Below are positions 30,453 to 39,208 of a stretch of DNA of 56,284 nucleotides, piece after piece. The number at the start of each line of letters is the position of its first letter. The first letter of the stretch is position 1. The stretch is taken from NCBI GenBank assembly GCA_964534375.1, contig CAZHPN010000012.1, forward strand, positions 1 through 56,284. The letters are read 5' to 3'. The position numbers were made by a program, and so were the translations under genes. The stretch is from an uncultured bacterium (GTDB taxonomy: Bacteria > Lernaellota > Lernaellaia > Lernaellales > Lernaellaceae). The notes under the pieces were generated by a model. It had not been told where the DNA came from. It searched no databases and saw only the letters and a list, made by a program, of their open reading frames with translations.

Positions 30453-32039
30453 TCAGGCGAAGAGAATCTCGAACTGTTCCAAGTGAAAGATGGAGTTGTC
30501 TTTGATCGTGATGCGTTTGCCCGTCAGTTGCTCTAGCAATTCCAGGCCGGCGCGCTCCTCTTCGTAAAGCAGGTCGGCGATGTCGGGGTGGACGCAGAGG
30601 ATGAGCGTCTTGCCCGGCGCGGTCTTGCTCTCTTTTTTGATCTCGCGAAAAATTTCGGCGCAGATGCTGGTCTTGCTTTTGACGTAGCCCTTGCCCTCGC
30701 AATACGGGCACGGCTCGGAAAGCACGCGGGAGATGGACTCGCGCGTGCGCTTGCGCGTCATTTCGACGAGGCCGAGTTCGGAGATTTTCAGGATATTGGT
30801 CTTGGCGCGGTCGCGCGTCAGCGCCTCCTGCAACGCGGCGAAGACCTTTTCGCGGTTGGCCTCTTTTTCCATGTCGATGAAATCGATGATGATCAGCCCG
30901 CCGAGGTTGCGCAGCCGCAATTGGTAGCAGATTTCCTTGACCGCTTCGAGGTTGGTCTTGAGGATCGTGTCTTCGAGATTGTGCTTGCCGACGAAGCGGC
31001 CGGTGTTCACGTCGATCGCGATCAGCGCCTCGGCCTGCTCGATAATGATGTAGCCGCCGCTCTTCAGCCAGACCTTGGGCTGCAACGCGCGCGCGATTTC
31101 CACTTCCAGGCCGAAGAAATCGAAGATCGGCTCGTCGCCGTCGTAGAGTTCGACCGCGCAGTCCATCATCGGCATGTGACGGCCGAAGAAGGAGACGATC
31201 TTGCCGTATTCCTCGGGCGAATCGATCACGACGCGGTCGATGTCGGCGTTGAAGAGGTCGCGCACGGCGCGCAGCGTGATCGACAGGTCGCTGTGCAGCA
31301 GCGCCGGGGCACGCGCGTTTTTGTATTTGCCGTAGATGTTTTGCCACAGGTCGGTGACGTACTCGATGTCGTGCGCCAGCGTTTCGCGGTCTTTGCCCTC
31401 GGCCGCGGTGCGCACGATAAAACCCATGCCGGCGCTGCGCAGCGAATCGACGAGGTTCCGCAGACGCACGCGCTCGCCTTCGTCCTCGATGCGGCGCGAG
31501 ACGCCGATGTGATCGACGAAGGGAATGAGCACGAGGTTGCGGCTCGGAATGCTGATGTGGCTCGTGATCCGCGCGCCCTTGGTGCCGATCGGCTCCTTCG
31601 CCACCTGGACCATCAACTCCTGCCCGTCTTTGAGCAGGTCTTCGATCGGGGCCGCGATCTGCTCGGGCGCCGGCCGCTCTTCCAGCGGCGCCGCTGTCGG
31701 CGCGGGGCCGGGTTCGCGGTCGAACTGGTCCTCTTCGGGGGCCGGCGCCGGTTCGCCGAAGACGGCCCGCGCGTCCTCGCCGCCGTCGAGCAAGTCGACT
31801 TCGAAGACCGGATCGCGCACGTCGGCGACGTATAAAAACGCCGCGCGGTCCAGGCCCACATCGACGAACGCCGCCTGCATCCCGGGCAGCACGCGCGTCA
31901 CGCGGCCCTTGTAGATGTTGCCGACCAGCCCGCCCTCGCGCGCCAGTTCGATGTGCATCTCGACCAGTTGGCCGTTTTCGAGCAACGCCACGCGTTTCTC
32001 GTGGTGGGTGACGTTGATGATCAGTTCGTTGCCGGGCAT
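30453..32039 (-). CDS. rng: Ribonuclease G (Rne/Rng family)
   Basis: S1 domain GNIYKGRV.RVLPGMQAAFVD, VQVAKEPIGTKGAR, IDVNTGRF, IIIDFIDM, EMTRKR, CPYC; no long C-terminal scaffold. Confidence 0.93.
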   Translation of the reverse strand: MPGNELIINVTHHEKRVALLENGQLVEMHIELAREGGLVGNIYKGRVTRVLPGMQAAFVDVGLDRAAFLYVADVRDPVFEVDLLDGGEDARAVFGEPAPAPEEDQFDREPGPAPTAAPLEERPAPEQIAAPIEDLLKDGQELMVQVAKEPIGTKGARITSHISIPSRNLVLIPFVDHIGVSRRIEDEGERVRLRNLVDSLRSAGMGFIVRTAAEGKDRETLAHDIEYVTDLWQNIYGKYKNARAPALLHSDLSITLRAVRDLFNADIDRVVIDSPEEYGKIVSFFGRHMPMMDCAVELYDGDEPIFDFFGLEVEIARALQPKVWLKSGGYIIIEQAEALIAIDVNTGRFVGKHNLEDTILKTNLEAVKEICYQLRLRNLGGLIIIDFIDMEKEANREKVFAALQEALTRDRAKTNILKISELGLVEMTRKRTRESISRVLSEPCPYCEGKGYVKSKTSICAEIFREIKKESKTAPGKTLILCVHPDIADLLYEEERAGLELLEQLTGKRITIKDNSIFHLEQFEILFA

Positions 32040-32207
32040 GGTCGACCGCCGATCCTTCTGTTCAAATATGCGCACGATTGTAGGCAAAACGGCGCCGCGC
32101 CGCAACGCGGCGACAGACGCCGCGTCGGCCGCCGCGGCGGAGCTTGACCGGACTGTCGCGCGGGCGCTATTCTGCAAACGCAATAACCCGCAAACAAGGA
32201 GGCCCCG

Positions 32208-32522
32208 ATGAAACGCGGTGTTTTTTTGGCGCTGGTGTTGATATTGGCCGTTCTGCCGGCGATCGCGCTGGCCGCTGAAGTCAAGGTCGAAATCAAGCTG
32301 ACGCCGGCGCAACTGGCGCTGCTGAAGGCGAGTCCGACGAAAGAGGTCAAAATCGAACTGACCGCCGACCAAATCGCGGCGATCGTCAAGGCGTTTCCGA
32401 AATTCAAAGGCGCGTACGGCATGTTCAAGTTTGCGCACGTCTTCGAAAACGAGAAAATCTCCGTTGTCGTGATGGAGGGCAAGCTGCTGTCCACGCCCGG
32501 GTTCCTGAAGATCAAGAGTTAG
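32208..32522 (+). CDS. Small secreted hypothetical protein
   Basis: AAGGAGG RBS; signal peptide ending ALA-A; short internal repeat EVK.E...T..Q.A...KA. Confidence 0.75.
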   Translation: MKRGVFLALVLILAVLPAIALAAEVKVEIKLTPAQLALLKASPTKEVKIELTADQIAAIVKAFPKFKGAYGMFKFAHVFENEKISVVVMEGKLLSTPGFLKIKS

Positions 32523-32592
32523 CAAGCGCGACGCATCACCCGCCGCAAGCTCTTCCGTGGCTTCGCCCATGACTCGCTCGTGGATAAGGAAA

Positions 32593-34257
32593 ATGCCGCC
32601 TGACCGGACCGCCAAGGCGCCGTCGAATGCGCCGGTTTACTTCGCCGCCTTCCTGGTCGGGGCCGTCGTCATGGCGTTCGAGATGGTTGGCAGCCGCTAT
32701 CTCACGCCCTATTTCGGCAGTTCCGTTTTCACCTGGGGCTCGATTATCTCCGCCACGTTGCTGGCGTTGGCGGGCGGCTATTTTCTCGGCGGCGTGGTCG
32801 CTGACCGTTTCCCGTCGCCGTTTTTGCTGACGGCGATTCTCGCGCTCGCCGCGTTCCTGTTTCTGCCGATTCCGCGCGGGGCGGCGTGGCTGTTGCCGGC
32901 GCTGGCGGCCCGGCTCGCCGACGCGCGGCTCGGCAGTCTGTGCGCCGCGCTCGCGCTCATTCTCCCGCCGTTGCTGCTGCTCGGGATGTTCTCGCCGTTT
33001 TCGGTGCGCCTTGCGTTGCACGACCGCGCGCAGGCCGGCCGCATCGCGGGGCTGATTTACGCCGTCTCGACGATCGGCAGCATCTTCGGCACGCTGGGCG
33101 CCGCGTTTTATCTGATCCCCACGCTCGGCGTCGCCGCGATCACCTATTTGCTCGCCGGGACGGCCTACCTCTCGGGCGTGCTGTTCTTCGCGGGCATGAT
33201 CGCGCGCCGCCCGGCGACGGCATCCGCCGTTCGCGGCCCGGCCGTGCGCCGGCAGGTCGTCTGGCTCGCGGCGCTTAGCGCGATTTTTCTGGCGTGCGCG
33301 TTCGCCGCGGTGCGCTCGGCCGCCCCGTTCGCCGGCGCAACGCTCGAGCCGCGGGCGCAACCCGAGGCCGGCGATCGCCACCGCGAACGGTGCGCCGCGG
33401 ACAATCCGCCCGTGGCCGAAGCGCACACGGCGTACACGGACATCGCGGTTCGGCAAAATGGCAAGTATCGCTCGATGCATTTTTACCGGCGCAGCGATTC
33501 GTTCCAGCAATCGTGCATGAATATCGAAGACGCGCGCGAATTGCCGATGAGCTACGCGCGCGTCATGACGGTCAGCCTCGCCTACGCCGACCGCCGGCGA
33601 TCGATGGCGATGATCGGCCTGGGCGGCGGGTCGCTTCCCAAGTACTTGCACGCGTATTTGCCCGAGCTGGAAATCGACAACGTCGAGTTGGACCCGGGCG
33701 TGATCGCCCTCGCCCAGACTTGGTTCGGCATTGCCGCGGACCCGCGATTCCACGTGACGGCGGAAGACGGCCGCCTCTTTCTCAAGCGGCAGACGGGGCC
33801 GTTCGACCTGATCGCGATCGACGCCTTTCGCGCGGGATTCATCCCCTTTCACATGGTGACCCGCGAATTTTACGAATTGGTGAAAAGCCGGCTGGCGCCC
33901 GGCGGGGTCGTCGCGGTCAATTTGCAGTTCGACACCGAGTTGTTCGGGGCCGTCGCCGCCACGATCGAAAGCGTGTTCGGCGCCGCGGACTACTACCCTG
34001 AAGGCGGCCTGATTATCATCGTCGCCCGCGCCGGCGCGGCCATTGGCGACGCGGAACTGAGGGCGCGCGCCCGGGCGCTCCAGCAGCAATTCGGCTTCCG
34101 CTACGACCTGCCGGTGATCATCGAGACCAATAAAATCGCCGTTCCCGCCGAGGAAAAAACGAAAATTCTCACCGACGATTTTGCGCCGGCCGAATACCTC
34201 AACGCGGTCCAGAAACACAACGATCTCGCTCCGGAAGCAGGGAAATTGAAGGAGTAG
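32593..34257 (+). CDS. Fused MFS-like / spermidine synthase-like protein
   Basis: FEMVGSRYLTPYFGSS, YAVSTIGSIFGT, IGLGGG, VELDP, EDGR, DLIAIDAF, TREFY, ILTDDFAP motifs. Confidence 0.88.
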   Translation: MPPDRTAKAPSNAPVYFAAFLVGAVVMAFEMVGSRYLTPYFGSSVFTWGSIISATLLALAGGYFLGGVVADRFPSPFLLTAILALAAFLFLPIPRGAAWLLPALAARLADARLGSLCAALALILPPLLLLGMFSPFSVRLALHDRAQAGRIAGLIYAVSTIGSIFGTLGAAFYLIPTLGVAAITYLLAGTAYLSGVLFFAGMIARRPATASAVRGPAVRRQVVWLAALSAIFLACAFAAVRSAAPFAGATLEPRAQPEAGDRHRERCAADNPPVAEAHTAYTDIAVRQNGKYRSMHFYRRSDSFQQSCMNIEDARELPMSYARVMTVSLAYADRRRSMAMIGLGGGSLPKYLHAYLPELEIDNVELDPGVIALAQTWFGIAADPRFHVTAEDGRLFLKRQTGPFDLIAIDAFRAGFIPFHMVTREFYELVKSRLAPGGVVAVNLQFDTELFGAVAATIESVFGAADYYPEGGLIIIVARAGAAIGDAELRARARALQQQFGFRYDLPVIIETNKIAVPAEEKTKILTDDFAPAEYLNAVQKHNDLAPEAGKLKE

Positions 34258-34369
34258 GGTTGAATATCGAGCCGCTAACAAAACGCGAATCCCGGCCGCA
34301 CAGAACCCGGATATCTTTCACCTGGTTGTCCGGCCCGCTCATCCATTTCCGTCGACGATGACGCAGACG

Positions 34370-34753
34370 TTAGCGATGGATCAGTTTCGAGGCCTTTTTC
34401 GACAACGCCGCAGCCTTGGTCGGATTTTGGGGCACGCCTTCGCCGGCCTCGTACATCTCACTGAGGAGAAAACAACCGCCGGGTTCGCCGCCGTCGCAGG
34501 CCTTCTTGTAAAGCGCCGCGGCCTTGATCAAGTCTCTAGGCACACCGTCGCCGTTCTGGAACTTCTGGCCGAGGTTGAGATTGCTTTCCGCTGACTTTTT
34601 TGAACCCGGCTGCCAGAAGAACAACGCGATGATCACGATCACGCAAGCCAATGCCGCCGCGGCCAAGCATACCGGCCATTTGGTCCTCGATGCCGCCACG
34701 GCGGGCAGGTCGCCTGTGGGCGCGTCTTTGCCGCCGCTTCTTGCCGTGAACAT
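34370..34753 (-). CDS. Small membrane-anchored Sel1-repeat protein
   Basis: One TM, then NLGQKFQNGDGVPRDLIKAAALYKKACDGG and MYEAGEGVPQNPTKA; GAGGG RBS. Confidence 0.75.
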   Translation of the reverse strand: MFTARSGGKDAPTGDLPAVAASRTKWPVCLAAAALACVIVIIALFFWQPGSKKSAESNLNLGQKFQNGDGVPRDLIKAAALYKKACDGGEPGGCFLLSEMYEAGEGVPQNPTKAAALSKKASKLIHR

Positions 34754-34849
34754 ATTCCGTCCCTCGCAGGTATGCTGAATGATATCACCATTGCGGAGCA
34801 TAACACAACTGCTCAAGAAACATCTGGCAACGCCGTGCGTACGACGCCG

Positions 34850-35575
34850 CTAGATCTCATCCAAGAAACGCCTTTCCGCGCCCTCATCGGCGAACCGCTC
34901 CCACAACAAGCGCAGGCCGCGCACGTGCAGCAGATGGAACACGCCGCCGACGTGGACCCAGCGCGCGCCCGGGCGCGCGGCGCGGACGCGGCGGACGGCG
35001 GTTTCCATGGCGTCGTCGCGCACTTCGAGCAGCGCCAGGCGTTCGGGCGAAAAGCCGAGGCGTGCGGGCGCCACGGGTTCGTCGGCCATGAGCCGGCGGG
35101 TGCGGCGGTAAAAGGAATCGACCGATCGCGCGAGCGGCACGTCGGGCCGCTCGACGAGAACGCGCAGGTTGTCTGGCGTCAGCAACTCGGATTCGACCTC
35201 GGCGAGCAATTCGCGCGAAACTTCGCTGTCGTCGACCAGTTCGACGTGAATTACGGGGCGATGCGCGGAGGCGAGGTTCGCCGCGGCGCCGCAATTTTCC
35301 TGCGCATACGCCTGCGCGGCGCGCCACTCGAACGGCAGGCGCAGGGTTTCGCGAATCGCCTGGATTTCGCCATGCGCCGCTTTGCCCGGCGGCGTGTTGG
35401 CCGCGAGGCGCGCCAGCAATTCGGCGCCGCGGCGTTCGCGAAACTCGATCGCGTACGGACTCAATTCGAGCGTCAGCAAATCCGGCCGCAGTTCATCCAA
35501 GGCGGCCCGCAGGCGCCGTTCGCCGTCCGGGTCACGATGTACGACGCCGATCATGACCGCCGCCGCCTGCGGCAT
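34850..35575 (-). CDS. Hypothetical protein, TraB/TIKI/ChaN-like motif pattern
   Basis: AAGGAG RBS; G..H, PD...LELS, EW..A, RD..M and GG..HL motifs in the order seen in TIKI/TraB/EreA-type folds. Confidence 0.65.
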   Translation of the reverse strand: MPQAAAVMIGVVHRDPDGERRLRAALDELRPDLLTLELSPYAIEFRERRGAELLARLAANTPPGKAAHGEIQAIRETLRLPFEWRAAQAYAQENCGAAANLASAHRPVIHVELVDDSEVSRELLAEVESELLTPDNLRVLVERPDVPLARSVDSFYRRTRRLMADEPVAPARLGFSPERLALLEVRDDAMETAVRRVRAARPGARWVHVGGVFHLLHVRGLRLLWERFADEGAERRFLDEI

Positions 35576-35711
35576 TTTCACTCCTTTGCGGCAACGCCTT
35601 GCTCTCCGATCATCGCCCGAATCATTTGACAAGATCAACCGATCATTTCTTGGGCCGGTGAAAGGCGCGCCGCGCCACGGGGTGCGGCAGCACGACCGGT
35701 CCGATATTCTT

Positions 35712-35806
35712 GATAGGATCAACAGGATCATCAGGATCGGTTTTTTGGAGCCATTAAGAACAGGGCGAACAAGTTCCCGGCCACTGGCCACTGACCGCTG
35801 GGCACT
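35712..35806. repeat. Nonamer tract (NNYAGGATC)3 and heptamer tract (GGCCACT)4
   Basis: 35712-35738 and 35779-35806, in the divergent intergenic region. Confidence 0.6.
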
Positions 35807-35824
35807 GTTCCCCCGCGCGGCGCG

Positions 35825-35853
35825 TTGACACGCCAAGACCGCCTGCCTAGCAT
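35825..35853 (+). promoter_or_regulatory. Sigma70-type promoter for the metK-like/lyase/mutM unit
   Basis: TTGACA (35825-30), 17-nt spacer, TAGCAT (35848-53), 42 nt before ATG 35896. Confidence 0.65.
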
Positions 35854-35895
35854 ACCCGTTGCCAGGGTAGCTACTTCGTTCCACGGGGGTTGTCG

Positions 35896-37083
35896 ATGCC
35901 GTCCAAACGACTGGTGTTGAGCGCCGAATCGGTGACGTGCGGGCAGTCGAACAAACTGTGCGATTTGATCGTTGACACCATCCTCGATCGCGTTCTGGCG
36001 CACGACCGGTTCGCCCGCGTCGACCTCGACGCCGTCGCGGCGCCGGGCATGGTGCTCGTGGCGGGCGAACTGACGACGAAGAGCTACGTCGACATCACCG
36101 GCGTCGTGCGCGAGGTGGTCGCGGACGCGGGGTACGACAACCCCGAGATCGCCTTTCACGCGAAGTCGATCGCCGTATTCAACGTGCTGCAGGAGCAATC
36201 TTCGGAGGTCGCGCTGGCGGTCGATCGCCGCGGCGCCGGCAACCAGTGCGTGACGATCGGCTACGCCACCAACGAGGCCAAACACGCGGGTCTCGACACG
36301 CAGCTCATGCCGCTGCCGATCGTCGCCGCGCACCGCCTGGCGCGCCGGCTGTACGAGGCGCGCGTCGGCGGCGAGGTCCCCGGCCTGCACCCCGACGGCC
36401 AGGTCCAGACGACGTTTCTGTACGACGACGCCGTGCCGCTGCGGCTGCTCAACGCGACCGTCAGCGCGCAGCATAGCGCGGCGGTGGACGAAAAGCGGAT
36501 CTGCGAAGGGATCATGGAGAGCGTCATCAAGCCGGTGGTTGCGGGCCTCGGCGGGATCGATGTGCGCAAGGCCGAACTGCTCGTCAACAACGCCGGCCGC
36601 TTTGTGGCCGGCGGCCCCAGTTCCGACGTCGGCGTCAGCGGCCGCTCGATGATCATGGACCTCTACGGCGCGGCGGCGCCGAGCGGCGGCGCGGCGCTCT
36701 CGGGCAAGGACCCGACGAAGACCGACCGGGCCGCGACGTACATGGCGCGGCACATCGCCAAGTGCGTCGTCGCCGCGGACCTCGCCGACCGCTGCGAGGT
36801 GCGCCTCGCCTACCTGTTCGGGCGCGAGGAGCCGGTCAGCGTACAGGTCAACACCTTCGGCACGGGCCGCCGCGGCGTCGATAAGGATCTCGCCGAGGCG
36901 ATCATGCGGACCTTCGACCTGACCACGCCCGGCATCGTCGAATACCTCGATCTGCGCAAGGTGAAGTACGCGCCGATCTGCTGCTTCGGCTGCGTCGGCC
37001 GCGAAGGCGCGCCGTGGGAGGATGTCGGCGCCGCGGCGAAATTGCGCGAGGCGTTGCCCGACGGGAAAGGAGCGGCGTCATGA
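35896..37083 (+). CDS. metK: MetK (SAM synthetase) family homolog with degenerate catalytic site, probable pseudoenzyme
   Basis: Colinear with MetK over its full length (ESV, GE.TT, GYATNE, MP.PI..AH.L, GRFV.GGP..D.G..GR, SGKDP.K.DR, PWE), but GHPDK>GQSNK, GAGDQG>GAGNQC, DAK>DGQ, GRK>GRS. Confidence 0.88.
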   Translation: MPSKRLVLSAESVTCGQSNKLCDLIVDTILDRVLAHDRFARVDLDAVAAPGMVLVAGELTTKSYVDITGVVREVVADAGYDNPEIAFHAKSIAVFNVLQEQSSEVALAVDRRGAGNQCVTIGYATNEAKHAGLDTQLMPLPIVAAHRLARRLYEARVGGEVPGLHPDGQVQTTFLYDDAVPLRLLNATVSAQHSAAVDEKRICEGIMESVIKPVVAGLGGIDVRKAELLVNNAGRFVAGGPSSDVGVSGRSMIMDLYGAAAPSGGAALSGKDPTKTDRAATYMARHIAKCVVAADLADRCEVRLAYLFGREEPVSVQVNTFGTGRRGVDKDLAEAIMRTFDLTTPGIVEYLDLRKVKYAPICCFGCVGREGAPWEDVGAAAKLREALPDGKGAAS

Positions 37084-38291
37084 GCGGCGACCGTCCGGTG
37101 GGGTTCGCGACCAAGGCGATCCACGGCCGCAAGCACACCGACAAGCACGAGCCGGGCGACCGGCGCCCGATCCGCACGCTGTCGACGCCGATCTTCATGT
37201 CGTCGACCTTCGCCTTCGATTCGGTCGACCACGGCGAAGCGATCTTCAGCGGCCGATCGCCGGATTACACCTACACGCGCATGGGCAACCCAACGACCGC
37301 CGCGCTCGAAAGCGAGGTCGCGTATCTCGAAGGCGCCGAGAAGGGCTTGGCCTTCGCCTCGGGCATGGCGGCGATCAGCCATTTGACCATTCACCTAGTC
37401 AAGGCGGGCGAGAAATTCGTCTACGCGAAGACGATCTACGGCGGCTCGTTCAAGTTCTTTTCGCACACCTGCGTCGAACAATTCAAGATGAACACGGTCG
37501 GCGTCGATGCGGCGAACCTCGCCGAAGTCGAAGCGGCCGTCGACGCCGACACCAAAATGCTCTTCATCGAAACGCCGTCGAACCCGACGATGGCCTGCGT
37601 GGACATCGCCGCCTGCGCCGAGATCGCCCACCGCGTCGGCGCGCCGCTCGTCGTCGACAACACGTTTCTGACGCCGTACCTGCAATGCCCGATCGAATTC
37701 GGCGCCGACTACGTCGTCCACAGCGCGACCAAATATCTCAACGGCCACGGCGACACGGTCGGCGGCTTCGTCGTCGGGCCCGCCGAACCGATGACCCAAA
37801 TGCACAAGCAAACGGCGACGGTCCTCGGCGGCTGCATCAGCCCGTTCAACTCGTGGCTGATTTTGCGCGGCATCCGCACGCTGCCGGTGCGCATGGATCG
37901 CCACTGCGCCAACGCGATGGAGATCGCCCAATTTCTGTCGTTCCACCCGAAGGTGTCGAAGGTCTACTACCCGGGCCTGCGGACCGACGCCTATCACGAA
38001 CTGGCGAAGCGGCAGATGCGCGATTTCGGCGGCATGGTCGCGGTCGAGGTCAAAGGCGGACGCGAGGCGGCGAAGACGGTCGGCAACAACCTGTCGGTGT
38101 GGACGCTGGCGGTCAGCCTCGGCGACGTCGATTCGCTGATCTCGATTCCGGCGAGCACGACGCATAGCTCGTACAATGACGAGGAACTGCGCGCCGCGGG
38201 CATCAATCCGGGCCTGATCCGGCTGAGCGTCGGCCTCGAAGACGTCGACGACCTGATCGAAGATTTGCGGCGCGCGCTGAAGCTGATCTGA
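37080..38291 (+). CDS. Cys/Met metabolism PLP enzyme, methionine gamma-lyase-like
   Basis: YTRMGNPT, SGMAAI, ETPSNP, VVDNTF, HSATKYLNGHGD (PLP lysine), LAVSLG, IRLSVGLED; ATGA overlap with the upstream gene. Confidence 0.92.
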   Translation: MSGDRPVGFATKAIHGRKHTDKHEPGDRRPIRTLSTPIFMSSTFAFDSVDHGEAIFSGRSPDYTYTRMGNPTTAALESEVAYLEGAEKGLAFASGMAAISHLTIHLVKAGEKFVYAKTIYGGSFKFFSHTCVEQFKMNTVGVDAANLAEVEAAVDADTKMLFIETPSNPTMACVDIAACAEIAHRVGAPLVVDNTFLTPYLQCPIEFGADYVVHSATKYLNGHGDTVGGFVVGPAEPMTQMHKQTATVLGGCISPFNSWLILRGIRTLPVRMDRHCANAMEIAQFLSFHPKVSKVYYPGLRTDAYHELAKRQMRDFGGMVAVEVKGGREAAKTVGNNLSVWTLAVSLGDVDSLISIPASTTHSSYNDEELRAAGINPGLIRLSVGLEDVDDLIEDLRRALKLI

Positions 38292-38310
38292 CGCCGCGGG
38301 AGTCGACCCC

Positions 38311-39198
38311 TTGCCTGAAATGCCGGAAGTGGAGACCGTCGTCCGGTCGTTGCGCAAACGCCTGCCGGGCCGGCGCATCAAGAACGTCGAAATCTTCGAT
38401 CCGAAGCTCGCCGCGTTGGACACCGAACGCCTGCGCGGCCGGCGGATTCGCGCGGTTTCGCGTTCGGGCAAAGAGATCGTGCTCGACCTTTCCGCGCCGC
38501 GCCGGCCGCTGTGGTTGTGCGTGCACTTGCGCATGACCGGCCGGCTGCTGTGGGCCGCAACGGCGGCCCTCGGCGAACGGCACTTGCGCGCCCGGTTCAC
38601 GCTCACGCGTGGTGCGCTGCTGTTCTACGACGCGCGCCGCTTCGGCGTCGTGCGGCTCGCCGAGTCGCCGGCGGACTTCGCCCCGCCCGGCGTCGAAATC
38701 CTCGCGGCCGAATTTACGCCGGCGAAACTGGCGAAATTGCTGGCGGGCAGCGCAATGCCGCTGAAGCCGTGGCTGCTGCGGCAGGACCGGATCGTCGGCT
38801 GCGGCAATATCTACGCGTCCGAGGTCTGCCACGCCGCGGGTCTCGACCCGCGCCGCCCGGCCGGTTCGCTGACGCCTGTCGAAATCCGCCGGCTGCATCG
38901 CGAGACCCGGCGCATCTTCGCCAAAGCCATCGAGTGCGGCGGCACGACGATCGACAATTTCATGGATTGCGAAGGCCAGTGCGGCAATTATCGATCGCAT
39001 TTGAAAGTCTACGAACGTGAGGGCGAGCGCTGCCTGCGCCGCGGCTGTCCCGGCGAGATCGCGCGGCTCGTGCAGGCGGGCCGCAGCACGTATTTTTGCC
39101 CGGTGTGTCAGACGGCCGCGCCGATTCGCCGCGTTTCCGGATCAAAACCCCGCCCGGGCCCAACCAAGTCGCGGACCGGACGTCGACCCGAGCGGTGA
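38311..39198 (+). CDS. mutM: Formamidopyrimidine-DNA glycosylase
   Basis: N-terminal PEMPEVET, R.GK, HLRMTG, GCGNIYASE (H2TH), C-terminal zinc finger with RSTYFCPVCQ; TTG start. Confidence 0.95.
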   Translation: MPEMPEVETVVRSLRKRLPGRRIKNVEIFDPKLAALDTERLRGRRIRAVSRSGKEIVLDLSAPRRPLWLCVHLRMTGRLLWAATAALGERHLRARFTLTRGALLFYDARRFGVVRLAESPADFAPPGVEILAAEFTPAKLAKLLAGSAMPLKPWLLRQDRIVGCGNIYASEVCHAAGLDPRRPAGSLTPVEIRRLHRETRRIFAKAIECGGTTIDNFMDCEGQCGNYRSHLKVYEREGERCLRRGCPGEIARLVQAGRSTYFCPVCQTAAPIRRVSGSKPRPGPTKSRTGRRPER

Positions 39199-39208
39199 AG
39201 GCCAGCCG

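Noticed and set aside
34254..34325. GTAG-led REP-like sequence after the MFS/spermidine synthase gene
   Set aside because: The pairing is too imperfect and there is no second copy in the window.
35576..35895. SAM riboswitch upstream of the MetK-like gene
   Set aside because: No S-box or SAM-II signature seen, and the predicted leader is only about 35 nt.
35896..37083. MetK-like gene as a simple pseudogene
   Set aside because: No stops or frameshifts, normal codon bias, promoter and translational coupling intact, and substitutions concentrate on one functional class of residues.
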